Shown here in pieces: positions 46,306 to 55,068 of a stretch of DNA of 64,000 nucleotides (position 1 is its first letter; every line of letters starts with the position of its first letter). The stretch comes from Escherichia virus ESCO5 (Duplodnaviria > Heunggongvirae > Uroviricota > Caudoviricetes), in IMG/VR virus record IMGVR_UViG_2974610597_000001. The stretch is one strand, 5' to 3'. Both the position numbers and the translations under genes were made by a program. The notes under the pieces are model-generated. The model was not told the DNA's origin. It saw only the letters and a list, made by a program, of their open reading frames with translations, and did no database searches.

Positions 46306-46939
46306 TTTTAATATCTTCTAAAGACGCTTTATATTCTTCCCAGTTAATGCCAATAGCAACTTCTTTCTCTTCTTTTGTCAGATTAGCAAAAGGCATAGGA
46401 TTGTTTCCAAAAACATCGTCTGGGTGGATATAAGCCATGATACGAAGTGGACAAGGTATTGCCTGAATGCCCTGATTCAAACCAGCAGCTTTCAAACGGT
46501 GTACCCATTCAGCATCTTCAAAACCATAGCCGTGAGTGTAAGGGCGGAAATAACCCATCTTCTCAACAACGGCACGAGAATACATTGCAAATTGACACAT
46601 TGCAAGTTCCCAGAGAATAACTTCTCCTTTACTCCCAACAACTTTATCTTTGAAATACTCCGGCATACCAAAGAAATCCCATCCTCCAGAGACAGCTTGA
46701 TCTACAAAATATGTTTCCCATCCCTCCATGATTGGGTAGCAATCGTCGTCAAAAATAAACCAATAATCATAACCTTCTTCATAAAACTGGTGCATAAGTT
46801 CATTCCTGGCGTAAGCTACACCTTTACGATCTGGATCGTTGAATACTCGAAAATCTGCATGTGGATCTGTTACAAGGTAGTCTTTAAGTGGACGGACACC
46901 TACAGTGATAACACCCACTCCGATTTTAATATTTTCCAT
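46256..46939 (-). CDS. glycosyltransferase, GT-A (family 2)-like
   Basis: 227 aa with DxD-type motif (IFDDDC) and GYGFEDAEW. Confidence 0.5.
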   Translation of the reverse strand: MENIKIGVGVITVGVRPLKDYLVTDPHADFRVFNDPDRKGVAYARNELMHQFYEEGYDYWFIFDDDCYPIMEGWETYFVDQAVSGGWDFFGMPEYFKDKVVGSKGEVILWELAMCQFAMYSRAVVEKMGYFRPYTHGYGFEDAEWVHRLKAAGLNQGIQAIPCPLRIMAYIHPDDVFGNNPMPFANLTKEEKEVAIGINWEEYKASLEDIKNGKIRISYEEALAHVK

Positions 46940-46947
46940 TTTCTCTC

Positions 46948-47511
46948 CTAAATAGTTTTACTGTGATCGTGACAGTGTAATAAATGATGTATAGACCGTT
47001 GAGGATTTGTTTGACCTAATCTGTAAATGTGAAACAGATACATTCCCCGCATCAATCCTAACCTCTTTCCTTTTTCATGTAAAGTGCGAGAGAAAATTAA
47101 GTCGAATTGGATAGATTTTTCTTCGAAAGGAATTTCATTCCACAATGATTTTCTAAAAAGCAAAAAGAAACCTGCCAGAGGTGTTCCGAAAGGAACTTCT
47201 TCAACACTCACTTTATGATATTCTCTTGCAATCTTAGCATATTCTATATGGTTTAGAATATCTGGATCATCGTTAATTTGGTTAGAGAAAAGCTGATAAC
47301 CACTACCTAACCTGTTACAAGTTGCACCTATTACATCAAAAGGCGGGTTTGACATAACAAGCTCTTCAAGCATAGATGGTTGATCAGGCAGGAGGAACAT
47401 TGTATCGGTATCTCTTAAGCACACCCAACTATCATCTGGAAGAACGGCAATAGCTTCATTGATAGCCTTGCCGATATTTCCTGTCAGATAGGGAGTAATA
47501 TAATAAATCAT
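46948..47511 (-). CDS. putative nucleotide-sugar transferase (GT-A-like)
   Basis: 187 aa with CLRDTDTMF; weak gestalt similarity. Confidence 0.35.
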   Translation of the reverse strand: MIYYITPYLTGNIGKAINEAIAVLPDDSWVCLRDTDTMFLLPDQPSMLEELVMSNPPFDVIGATCNRLGSGYQLFSNQINDDPDILNHIEYAKIAREYHKVSVEEVPFGTPLAGFFLLFRKSLWNEIPFEEKSIQFDLIFSRTLHEKGKRLGLMRGMYLFHIYRLGQTNPQRSIHHLLHCHDHSKTI

Positions 47512-47527
47512 TCTCCCCTCCGTTATA

Positions 47528-47719
47528 TTAACTGTCAGCTACAATCCCACGTTTAATCATTTCTTGTTGGATTTGGATGACACGATCTCGTGCTTCCATA
47601 TATTCTTTAAAAGATTCTTGGAGATGGTCACGAGCTACATCCCGTAGTTTAATCAGCTTGTCGTTTGTCACTTCTTGAAGAGAGATCTCGCCAGTTTCAT
47701 TGGTCCCAAGCGTTTTCAT
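47528..47719 (-). CDS. hypothetical small protein
   Basis: 63-aa ORF. Confidence 0.35.
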   Translation of the reverse strand: MKTLGTNETGEISLQEVTNDKLIKLRDVARDHLQESFKEYMEARDRVIQIQQEMIKRGIVADS

Positions 47720-47927
47720 TTACAACCTCCTTAATAGCTACTGCACAGTTCTTACAAATACATTGACCTTTGTTCTTAGAAATTTCAATGTAAGGTTCAT
47801 TTTCGTTTTCTCCGCGTCGTGAATCGTATATTACAGTATTGAAGCAGACAACGCAAATGTTTTTAATAACAACATATTTTTGCACTTTTTGTTTAGTGCG
47901 AAAATTTACTTCAATGACTTCTCCCAT
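47697..47927 (-). CDS. small zinc-finger-like protein
   Basis: Start moved to the ATG at 47927 (TGATG overlap with upstream stop, GGGGAG RBS); Cys pairs CVVC and CICKNC. Confidence 0.4.
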   Translation of the reverse strand: MGEVIEVNFRTKQKVQKYVVIKNICVVCFNTVIYDSRRGENENEPYIEISKNKGQCICKNCAVAIKEVVNENAWDQ

Positions 47928-48211
47928 CAGTGAATCTCCCCTAAAATGTTGTTTTGAGACATTACTGCGGAGCATTCTACAGCATCATGAGTCCTTGCAA
48001 AACGCTCCCACAGCACAGCATCTACTTTAAGAACCACACAAGGATAAATACTGTCGTTGATCATATCAATGCTATATTTATCTACATCCTTTTCATCTTC
48101 CATAAACAAAGTAGCGTATGCTTCCAAATGTTTACGGGTGTAGTATACGTCCTCTTCGGTAAGACCGACAACCAGGTAACTTGCTACAACAACAGTATTA
48201 TCTTCTTGCAT
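47927..48211 (-). CDS. hypothetical protein
   Basis: Start moved to the ATG at 48211 preceded by GGGGAG. Confidence 0.4.
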   Translation of the reverse strand: MQEDNTVVVASYLVVGLTEEDVYYTRKHLEAYATLFMEDEKDVDKYSIDMINDSIYPCVVLKVDAVLWERFARTHDAVECSAVMSQNNILGEIH

Positions 48212-48212
48212 T

Positions 48213-48734
48213 TTAACTCCCCTTTGGTAGATAGAAACCATGCACTTTATCTCGATAAACAAGACGCATATCACGCTCCCAGTGTGTCCTTATATTCCGT
48301 TTCTTGAAGTATAGAGCACCTTTAGTAACATCTAAAACAGACCGCAATTCAGGAAAATGTTTCTCTAAATAAAGTAAACGCTCCGCTATTGCTTTTGCTT
48401 CCTGCCATTTATCTTTCTCTGTCACGTTAAAAGTTTTCGCATATGAGAATTGCCCTTTCTGGAACAAGACTCCCTTGACTGTGTTAGGGAAGTAGGCATC
48501 ATTTCTTCTGTTGATTACCACATTCCCAACGGCATTCATTCCTTTTTTACCCAGACCGCGACCTTCTGCGTAAATTGCACAAGCTAATAGAATTTTATCA
48601 TTATATTGCTTTGTACATTTGTGAACTACTTTAGCGGTTTTTACGTTTGCAGCTTCGGCTTTCGCCACAACAGGTGTAAATGTAAAAGCAGTTAAGGATA
48701 GTAACGCAACTGTTACAAAGTTTTTTATCAGCAA
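48213..48734 (-). CDS. secreted endolysin, SleB/CwlJ-type cell-wall hydrolase
   Basis: N-terminal signal peptide (ending AKAEA); hydrolase motif AIYAEGRGLGKKGMNAVGNVVINRRND...GQFS; TTG start after AGGAGG. Confidence 0.6.
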   Translation of the reverse strand: MLIKNFVTVALLSLTAFTFTPVVAKAEAANVKTAKVVHKCTKQYNDKILLACAIYAEGRGLGKKGMNAVGNVVINRRNDAYFPNTVKGVLFQKGQFSYAKTFNVTEKDKWQEAKAIAERLLYLEKHFPELRSVLDVTKGALYFKKRNIRTHWERDMRLVYRDKVHGFYLPKGS

Positions 48735-48766
48735 ATTTTGCCTCCTTTTTAAGTTAACGAATTTCT

Positions 48767-48795
48767 AGTATAACACGATAGAGGCTTTATTGCAA
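48767..48795 (-). promoter_or_regulatory. sigma70-like promoter (TTGCAA - 17 bp - TATACT) upstream of the endolysin
   Basis: On the - strand, -35 at 48795-48790 and -10 at 48772-48767. Confidence 0.45.
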
Positions 48796-48815
48796 GAGGG
48801 GGATTTCTCCCCCTC
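48796..48815 (-). terminator. GC hairpin after the TerD-like gene
   Basis: GAGGGGG / CCCCCTC inverted repeat directly abutting the -35 hexamer. Confidence 0.4.
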
Positions 48816-48830
48816 AAAATCATTTGTTAA

Positions 48831-49433
48831 TTATGGACATTCATACCATTCTTTTTTACCACCGAAGGCCATTACCACATCGCAAATATCCAGACCAGCT
48901 TTACCTACACCATATGCTTTCAGCTTCCATTCTCCATCTTCACGAACCAGGGAAGCCACGTGGCAGATTGTGTTGCCAGCTACTTCAGGAGCCAGGAAGT
49001 CAAAATCCAGAATTTCCACATTACGCTCGGAGTCGAAGATTTTAAGCATACCTTCAGAAGCATGACCAAAACGTTTCAGACCTGTATCATCATCAATAGT
49101 CAGAACAAAGGCAATCTCTTGTGCATCAGGAGAGATTTTAGCCAGAGTAATATCAATCTGCTCCATGCTGCCAGTTCCATCACGAACATCGTCACCAGCA
49201 AAGGTAGAACGTTCAGGATCAAACTTATTAGCATAGCAAACCAGATGACGTGCAGACAGCATTTCAGGATTGCCAGCGGCATTGTGACGACAAACCAGTG
49301 CACTTACATCCAGATCCAGTTTAGAATCAGATTTCCAAGAGAACTCCAGGCGTAGTTCTTTCAGAGCCGGAGCAACTTTCTTCAGGGAAATTTTTTCGCT
49401 AGAGCCTTTTTTCAGGGAAATTTTATCAGTCAT
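48831..49433 (-). CDS. terD: TerD-family protein
   Basis: Duplicated ISLKK N-terminus, LDLDVSAL and GDDVRDGTG acidic loops, C-terminal EDGEWKLKAYG, matching E. coli TerD features (VSLSK, FDLDASAF, NGEWKFRAVG). Confidence 0.8.
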   Translation of the reverse strand: MTDKISLKKGSSEKISLKKVAPALKELRLEFSWKSDSKLDLDVSALVCRHNAAGNPEMLSARHLVCYANKFDPERSTFAGDDVRDGTGSMEQIDITLAKISPDAQEIAFVLTIDDDTGLKRFGHASEGMLKIFDSERNVEILDFDFLAPEVAGNTICHVASLVREDGEWKLKAYGVGKAGLDICDVVMAFGGKKEWYECP

Positions 49434-49448
49434 CTTTTGTCTCCTCTA

Positions 49449-49718
49449 TTATTTAAGTGTAATACCAGTTACAGTCAATTCTACTTCCAAAAGCTTAGAT
49501 GTGTTTTGGATTGATACTAATTGTGCATGATGGTTTAGTTCTACAGCAGAATAATCATTTTCCCCATCATCTACTTTTAAATAAACAATGATTTCACTAA
49601 GGTCTAAACCATTTTCGTCAAATGCATTTTCATAGACGAAAGTATCTCCTACATCCAAATCTTTAATGGTAAGGCATCGTTTATTTACTTTTTGCTCATC
49701 AATTTCGAAGTTTAACAC
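49449..49718 (-). CDS. hypothetical small protein (paralog A)
   Basis: 89 aa; shares DLDVGDTF..Y..A.DE.GLD and a C-terminal V.L.VT.ITLK with 50740..51018. Confidence 0.45.
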   Translation of the reverse strand: MLNFEIDEQKVNKRCLTIKDLDVGDTFVYENAFDENGLDLSEIIVYLKVDDGENDYSAVELNHHAQLVSIQNTSKLLEVELTVTGITLK

Positions 49719-49947
49719 TTCTTCCTCCTAATATTATCTCCGGTTTATATATACGAAGAATTATAGCATTTTCATTTTCTTTGTCAACCCATTCTTCATA
49801 ATCAGGCCATACATGAATCTCTACTCTACTTACAATATCTTCCATTCGCACAGTCCCAATGAAATACTCTTTGAGACTGCACATAATGAAAGCTTCTCTC
49901 TCGCGCCAATAATTTTCTATGACTTGAGAGGCAAGCTCGTCGATCAT
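49699..49947 (-). CDS. hypothetical protein
   Basis: 82-aa ORF. Confidence 0.4.
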   Translation of the reverse strand: MIDELASQVIENYWREREAFIMCSLKEYFIGTVRMEDIVSRVEIHVWPDYEEWVDKENENAIILRIYKPEIILGGRSVKLRN

Positions 49948-50738
49948 TTTTTAGCACCTACTTTAACAACCCACTCTCCGAACTCTTCAGATAAGAGTTT
50001 GTCATAAAGCTCTGAATCTGTCAAGTCTAAATCTTTAATGCCAATAAAACCAACATTATCATAAGCATTTGCCAGTTCTTTCAGGAAGCCAAACTTCTCA
50101 TTACCAACGCCAACCATGAACCAATAAATAGGTTTATTCTTATTCTCTTCAATAAGACGACGAACAGCACTAGGATCACCATTCTCACCATCCGTCTGGA
50201 AGAATACAACACCAGGGGTAACGTCAGCACCTGGTTCAGACACAGCTACAACCTTTTCACGCTCTACAGATACTGTTTCAGTTTTACCAAGCAGACGATT
50301 AAAGAAGCCTTTCTTTGGAGCCTCTTCTTGTACCACTTGTTTAGTGGTAATATATTTGGTAACAGTGCCAAAATACTCATCGTAGATATCTGCCATTACA
50401 GGGGCGTAATTTGTTCCACCTCCGATACGAACATTACGCATACATTTACCAACATAGTCATCGTAAACGTCTGCTGTTGCTGGAGTAAGCTCTTGGGAAC
50501 TCGTATTGAAGGCCCACATATCAATTTGTTGATTATCGTCGAACAGCATACCAAAAGGAAGCAGTTTACCTACAAAATCACTCACTACCCCACTAGAATA
50601 TAGACCATGCATACTACCAGAAATATCTAGAGCACATGCTACACGAAGAACAATCTTACCTTCATTCAGGTTCTTATTCTTTTTCAGAGAGAAAGCAAGG
50701 TTTTCTTGACGTTTTTTCAGGCTGATTTTATCGGACAT
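49944..50738 (-). CDS. von Willebrand factor A domain protein (TerY / TerF-vWA-like)
   Basis: MSDKISLKK N-terminus, then MIDAS motif DISGSM, GGGTNY and FQTDGENGD. Confidence 0.7.
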   Translation of the reverse strand: MSDKISLKKRQENLAFSLKKNKNLNEGKIVLRVACALDISGSMHGLYSSGVVSDFVGKLLPFGMLFDDNQQIDMWAFNTSSQELTPATADVYDDYVGKCMRNVRIGGGTNYAPVMADIYDEYFGTVTKYITTKQVVQEEAPKKGFFNRLLGKTETVSVEREKVVAVSEPGADVTPGVVFFQTDGENGDPSAVRRLIEENKNKPIYWFMVGVGNEKFGFLKELANAYDNVGFIGIKDLDLTDSELYDKLLSEEFGEWVVKVGAKK

Positions 50739-50739
50739 A

Positions 50740-51018
50740 TTATTTCTCCTTCTTAAGTGTAATGTTGGTAACTTCTAAATCTACTTCCACCATATTTGTA
50801 TCTGGCGGGATGCAATGAGTATAGCCTCGTTGTGCTAGTGATCCATTAATACAAATCGCACTGTTTGTGGAATTTTTAATGAACACCAAGTTACGGTAGG
50901 TATCCAACCCTGCGTCTTCATAGGCATCATAATACATGAATGTGTCCCCTACGTCAAGATCTTCGAAAGCAATAGGTAAATCCTGACCTTTTTCTTCTTG
51001 AATATTGAATCTAAACAC
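50740..51018 (-). CDS. hypothetical small protein (paralog B)
   Basis: Probable GTG start at 51018 after GAGGAGG; see paralog A. Confidence 0.4.
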   Translation of the reverse strand: MFRFNIQEEKGQDLPIAFEDLDVGDTFMYYDAYEDAGLDTYRNLVFIKNSTNSAICINGSLAQRGYTHCIPPDTNMVEVDLEVTNITLKKEK

Positions 51019-51574
51019 GCATACCTCCTCTACCAATTTTGAAGCCCAAATCGTAAGCTTCCTTAGTAATCTTTTGTAACTCACTTATAGGAAGTGTTAC
51101 AAGAGGATCATCTTCTTCAATTTCCATCTTGTCATCTTCTGTTTCAATGAGAGTATTATGCACTTTGTGATAAGGGTTGTCAACACGTTTAAACTTATTC
51201 TTTTCTGTGCTGAAAAAACAATCTGGATCTTCTTCACCATCACCCCAACCTTGATTAGGATCTCCGTCAGATTGTTCTGTAGGGATTTCACCTGTAAAGT
51301 ACTCTTCCAGCACCATAGCAATACCGTCCCTTGGATTTGAGGAATGCATTAAATCACAAACCTTACCCCAATCCATAGCCCATTCGAACCGTTCACGAAC
51401 GCCATTTTCATCCTCTTTTCCAGAGAAAACACAACCATAACTATCATAGTTGCCATACATCTCTTCAATAACAACACCGTCTTTCAAAAGAAAGAGGTAG
51501 CAAGGTGATCCGTCGAAAGAAGTAGAAAGGGCAGCTTTGCCCGATTCTTTGCACAAAAAACTAAAACAACCCAT
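51011..51574 (-). CDS. hypothetical acidic protein
   Basis: 187-aa ORF, Asp/Glu-rich. Confidence 0.45.
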   Translation of the reverse strand: MGCFSFLCKESGKAALSTSFDGSPCYLFLLKDGVVIEEMYGNYDSYGCVFSGKEDENGVRERFEWAMDWGKVCDLMHSSNPRDGIAMVLEEYFTGEIPTEQSDGDPNQGWGDGEEDPDCFFSTEKNKFKRVDNPYHKVHNTLIETEDDKMEIEEDDPLVTLPISELQKITKEAYDLGFKIGRGGMRV

Positions 51575-51777
51575 TACAAACCCTCCTTCAGATTATCAAG
51601 AGCTACAGTGGTTTCACAAAATTCTCCATAAGCTTTATGATGTTCCAGAAAAGCTTCGGGTCCACCCCAGTCATTATCTTGTGTATTCCAACCATCAATA
51701 AAAGCATCTTCAATGATTGTGATCAGTTCTTGTCGGGTTAACTGGATAATATTAGGATCGTTATCGTAGTTAAACAT
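51574..51777 (-). CDS. hypothetical protein
   Basis: 67-aa ORF; ATG overlaps the upstream stop. Confidence 0.4.
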   Translation of the reverse strand: MFNYDNDPNIIQLTRQELITIIEDAFIDGWNTQDNDWGGPEAFLEHHKAYGEFCETTVALDNLKEGL

Positions 51778-51938
51778 CTTCTTCCTCCTCTAAAATATGA
51801 AACCCGTAATTACAATAGTCCTGAAAGGTTTCGTGCGCAAGATCTTCTATATCCTCTTGAGACATATCATCTTCAATTTCGATATCCACAACCTCATTGC
51901 ATCCACACCAAGCAGTTTCAATATTCACTCGTAATATT
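51774..51938 (-). CDS. hypothetical small acidic protein (about 55 aa, not in the ORF track)
   Basis: ATG after AGGAGG; translation MKILRVNIETAWCGCNEVVDIEIEDD...EEEEDV; coupled start/stop overlaps on both sides. Confidence 0.3.
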
Positions 51939-51942
51939 TTCA

Positions 51943-52140
51943 TTACTCCTCCTCCTCATTGAAGTCAATATCTGCAAGGAGTTCGAATTTACGGAAGTTA
52001 CGACAACCTTCATAAATATAACAATCACGACAAACTGCTAGAACACTTGGGGGATATATGCCTCCCATCGGTGCGAATCGTTTTTCGTCATCATAACGGA
52101 CACCAATGTCTTCATCAATTATATAGATACGGATTCTCAT
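51943..52140 (-). CDS. hypothetical small protein
   Basis: 65 aa with CRDC...C and a C-terminal EEEE. Confidence 0.35.
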   Translation of the reverse strand: MRIRIYIIDEDIGVRYDDEKRFAPMGGIYPPSVLAVCRDCYIYEGCRNFRKFELLADIDFNEEEE

Positions 52141-53249
52141 TTACCAAGCCCTCGTTTCACAGCAGCTACCATCCCGTCTTCCAGAGATTGAACTTCATTA
52201 ATATAATCAACACGAGCAGCACGGGCTTCCGTATTGATGCGGTTAGTTTCTTCCAACATCTTAACCAAGTTTTCCTGATCGTGACGCAGAGTTTCAATAT
52301 CCAACACTTGACGGTTAGCCAGTGCTGCTGCTTCGATCTGATTCTGTGTGGCAAGATCGCTACCTAGTTTAATTGCCAGGTTAAATTCATCAAGAACGTT
52401 ATTCTGCGTCTCTGCTGCTTTCATTTGACGTAAGCTCTCGATATACATTGAGAAGTTAGCAGAGTAAGCAGGAATAACATTATTTACTATGTTACGCGCA
52501 GATCGCATTAAGCTTGCAGAAACTTTTTGCATACCTTGTACACGCGGTCCCATTTGGACACACAGTAGGCGCAACGCCTTTAAATCTGCAATACGAATCT
52601 CCAGGAGATCCAAAGTATCTCGGATCACTTGTCGCTGTTCTACGGCATCTTCTGGAAGAGCAGCCAAAGCTTGTTCTTCTTTTTCATAGGTTGCTGTTAG
52701 AAGCTGCATATCTCGGTTCAAACTTGCAGCATATTGTCCAATAGCTTGGTGTAGCTTTTCAAGATATACCAAGGAATCTTCTTCTTTGCGAATATCCATT
52801 TGAAGGTTCTTTACCAACTCTTCAATACGGTTATTAACATTATCAAACTCCCCAAACAGGTCTTCTTTCATACCCATAACTTTTTTAATGAGTTTAGTAA
52901 TACCCTTGCTTTGTTTAATAGAGTTTGGATCAAGTTGTTTTGCCTGTTTAATCAAGGCTGTGAGTCGTTCACTCATCTGATCGCCTTGATTACTACGTTG
53001 ATGTTTTAACACCTCGGCATTCAAGGAACGCAAGGTTGTTCCTGCCTCTGCCCCAATCTCTTCGATCTCTTGTCGGGTCATAGAAGGTAAAACTGGAACT
53101 TCTTGCGGTGCTGCTGGTGCATAAACAGGACTGGCATCTAACACACTTGGAGCAAATACAGATTTACTTGCATCTGTTGTTGCAGCGAATACACTCATTT
53201 CAGACTTCTTCTGACCACCAGTAGCTGCTTTTAAAAATGGACTTGTCAT
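52137..53249 (-). CDS. TelA-like helical protein
   Basis: 370 aa, predicted all-alpha coiled coil with a low-complexity N-terminus; size and composition fit the TelA/KlaA family; sits between the TerD/vWA genes and TerC. Confidence 0.45.
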   Translation of the reverse strand: MTSPFLKAATGGQKKSEMSVFAATTDASKSVFAPSVLDASPVYAPAAPQEVPVLPSMTRQEIEEIGAEAGTTLRSLNAEVLKHQRSNQGDQMSERLTALIKQAKQLDPNSIKQSKGITKLIKKVMGMKEDLFGEFDNVNNRIEELVKNLQMDIRKEEDSLVYLEKLHQAIGQYAASLNRDMQLLTATYEKEEQALAALPEDAVEQRQVIRDTLDLLEIRIADLKALRLLCVQMGPRVQGMQKVSASLMRSARNIVNNVIPAYSANFSMYIESLRQMKAAETQNNVLDEFNLAIKLGSDLATQNQIEAAALANRQVLDIETLRHDQENLVKMLEETNRINTEARAARVDYINEVQSLEDGMVAAVKRGLGK

Positions 53250-53836
53250 TCTTCATTCTCCTCTTCTGCATCTCTTATATATGGTGAAACACCGTACTCT
53301 TTAGCTACTTTAACCCAATCATCCCATTTATACAACCATAATTTTCCTTCAGTTCCTTCTTTATCTGATTTCAACCACATGTTAGGTTGCTTGCCTGGGT
53401 ACATGCGATTAGGTTTACGATTATAACCTCTAACACATCTTGTCGCAAACCTATCTACCAGAACAAGAACATATTTATATTCGTGGTTCAACGGCTCTTT
53501 GGAAGTGGCTTTAGGATTAGCTCCTAATTCTGCTGCCAGTTTTTGCCAATGAGCACCGTGTCTACTAAACTTACCCATACAACCATCAATAGCATGAGCA
53601 ATTTCGTGCTTCATTGTATCCACGATCATATCTCTTGTAGAGTTCTTATGCAAGTGCCAATTTACAACAACAATTTTATCTCGGTAGTTGCACCAACCGA
53701 AAGAGTTATTAACTTTGTTTCTAACACAAGCTTTATATCCTGCTTCACGTAACATGTTGTAGTAAACAGGAAAATCTTCTTTTATTTCCTGCATCACTTC
53801 CCACCACAAGAGTTGCAAGTCTCTCTCGGTATGCAT
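53246..53836 (-). CDS. SprT-like zinc metallopeptidase
   Basis: HEIAHAI (HExxH) and a downstream His/Cys-rich segment (GCMGKFSRHGAHW). Confidence 0.45.
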   Translation of the reverse strand: MHTERDLQLLWWEVMQEIKEDFPVYYNMLREAGYKACVRNKVNNSFGWCNYRDKIVVVNWHLHKNSTRDMIVDTMKHEIAHAIDGCMGKFSRHGAHWQKLAAELGANPKATSKEPLNHEYKYVLVLVDRFATRCVRGYNRKPNRMYPGKQPNMWLKSDKEGTEGKLWLYKWDDWVKVAKEYGVSPYIRDAEEENEE

Positions 53837-53839
53837 AAC

Positions 53840-54433
53840 TTACACCTTAAAAGCGAAATGCGTGGTCGTGGCTTCAAAATCAGGGCCAGATAAACTTGCA
53901 CTGAAATCTGAAATATTTGTAATTAAAAAGCTTTTATGCATACCTAACACAGCCACGCTTTCAATATCTTCTACTAACATTTCAATCATGTTAGAAACAT
54001 GGCTGAACGTAGAGTTTTGTTTTTTGATGGTGTAGAAAGAAAGATTCCCACCTGCTATATAAGACACCTCTTCAAAATCTTTAATCGTATATTGTGTGCC
54101 ATCAGTAAAGAAAATGGTAGCTTTATTAGTAGCACGTTTCTTGTTTTTTGGTCCTTTTTTACGTTTACTGCGAGTAGGCAAACCGTTTGGAAATACCGTA
54201 GCTACAAATTCTTCAGGAGAAACCTCCTTACCGAAATCATAACCGTAAGAAACAGCGTCTATAAACTCGTCGTCTTCATTTTTAAAATAATGAAAATAGG
54301 GCCAATTTGAGAGATTATCGAGCATCTTATGCTCATCCACAGCAGAGAACGTATCCCTCAAAGCACGTGTGATTTGCAAAGCATTAGGCAAACTTTTAAC
54401 ACCTGTAATGGAAGTACGAATAGAAATTGTCAT
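53840..54433 (-). CDS. hypothetical protein
   Basis: 197 aa with a basic patch (RSKRKKGPKNKKR). Confidence 0.4.
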   Translation of the reverse strand: MTISIRTSITGVKSLPNALQITRALRDTFSAVDEHKMLDNLSNWPYFHYFKNEDDEFIDAVSYGYDFGKEVSPEEFVATVFPNGLPTRSKRKKGPKNKKRATNKATIFFTDGTQYTIKDFEEVSYIAGGNLSFYTIKKQNSTFSHVSNMIEMLVEDIESVAVLGMHKSFLITNISDFSASLSGPDFEATTTHFAFKV

Positions 54434-54447
54434 TGTTTTTCTCCTTA

Positions 54448-54885
54448 TTAACGTCGCTTGCTACGAGATGAACTCTTTTTACTTAAAGGACTATTGTAAG
54501 ATTTACGAGTTGTATAGCTACTATTTGTTTTAAAAGTTTGTCTCGGCTTTTCATAAGTTTTTATCTCTTGTTTAGGCTTACTATAAAAATTAGTTTTCGG
54601 TTTAGGTGTATTATAATGCTTATTAATAATCGTTCTGTTATCGTTATAATCCCCACTGCTACGATTACTACCGCCACTCATCATATGCCCTAACAACATA
54701 CCTGTAGCAAACTCACCAACACCGCTACTACTAGAACCGCCACCATTGTTGATAATAGTTGTATCTCCGTCAGATCCTTGTTGAGCGTATTGTTGAGGAG
54801 GTTGTTGGTATTGTGCAGGATTTGTTTCATCCTCGCAAGCTGTTAAAAAGATACAACCAATTAAAATCAGGGCTAGTTTTTTCAT
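54448..54885 (-). CDS. lipoprotein
   Basis: Start at internal Met: MKKLALILIGCIFLTAC with lipobox LTAC; mature part rich in Gln/Pro/Gly/Ser/Asn/Lys. Confidence 0.6.
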   Translation of the reverse strand: MKKLALILIGCIFLTACEDETNPAQYQQPPQQYAQQGSDGDTTIINNGGGSSSSGVGEFATGMLLGHMMSGGSNRSSGDYNDNRTIINKHYNTPKPKTNFYSKPKQEIKTYEKPRQTFKTNSSYTTRKSYNSPLSKKSSSRSKRR

Positions 54886-55068
54886 ATTTGCTTTCCTCGT
54901 TTTGGCTATTAATACATCTGTGTTTGAAATCTCCAGAGAAGCAATAAAGTTGCTCTCCATCTCGGTATAAACTCACTTTACTGCCGTTGATTACGCTTGT
55001 CAATACAAAAATTACAACAAACAACCCTATTGCAAAACAAATATTTTCAAACACAACCAACAAGTATT

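Noticed and set aside
51574-52140. Run of short ORFs with acidic C-termini as a toxin-antitoxin or anti-defence array
   Set aside because: Only the small size and acidic tails are shared; there are no recognisable toxin or antitoxin motifs, so they are annotated as hypothetical proteins.
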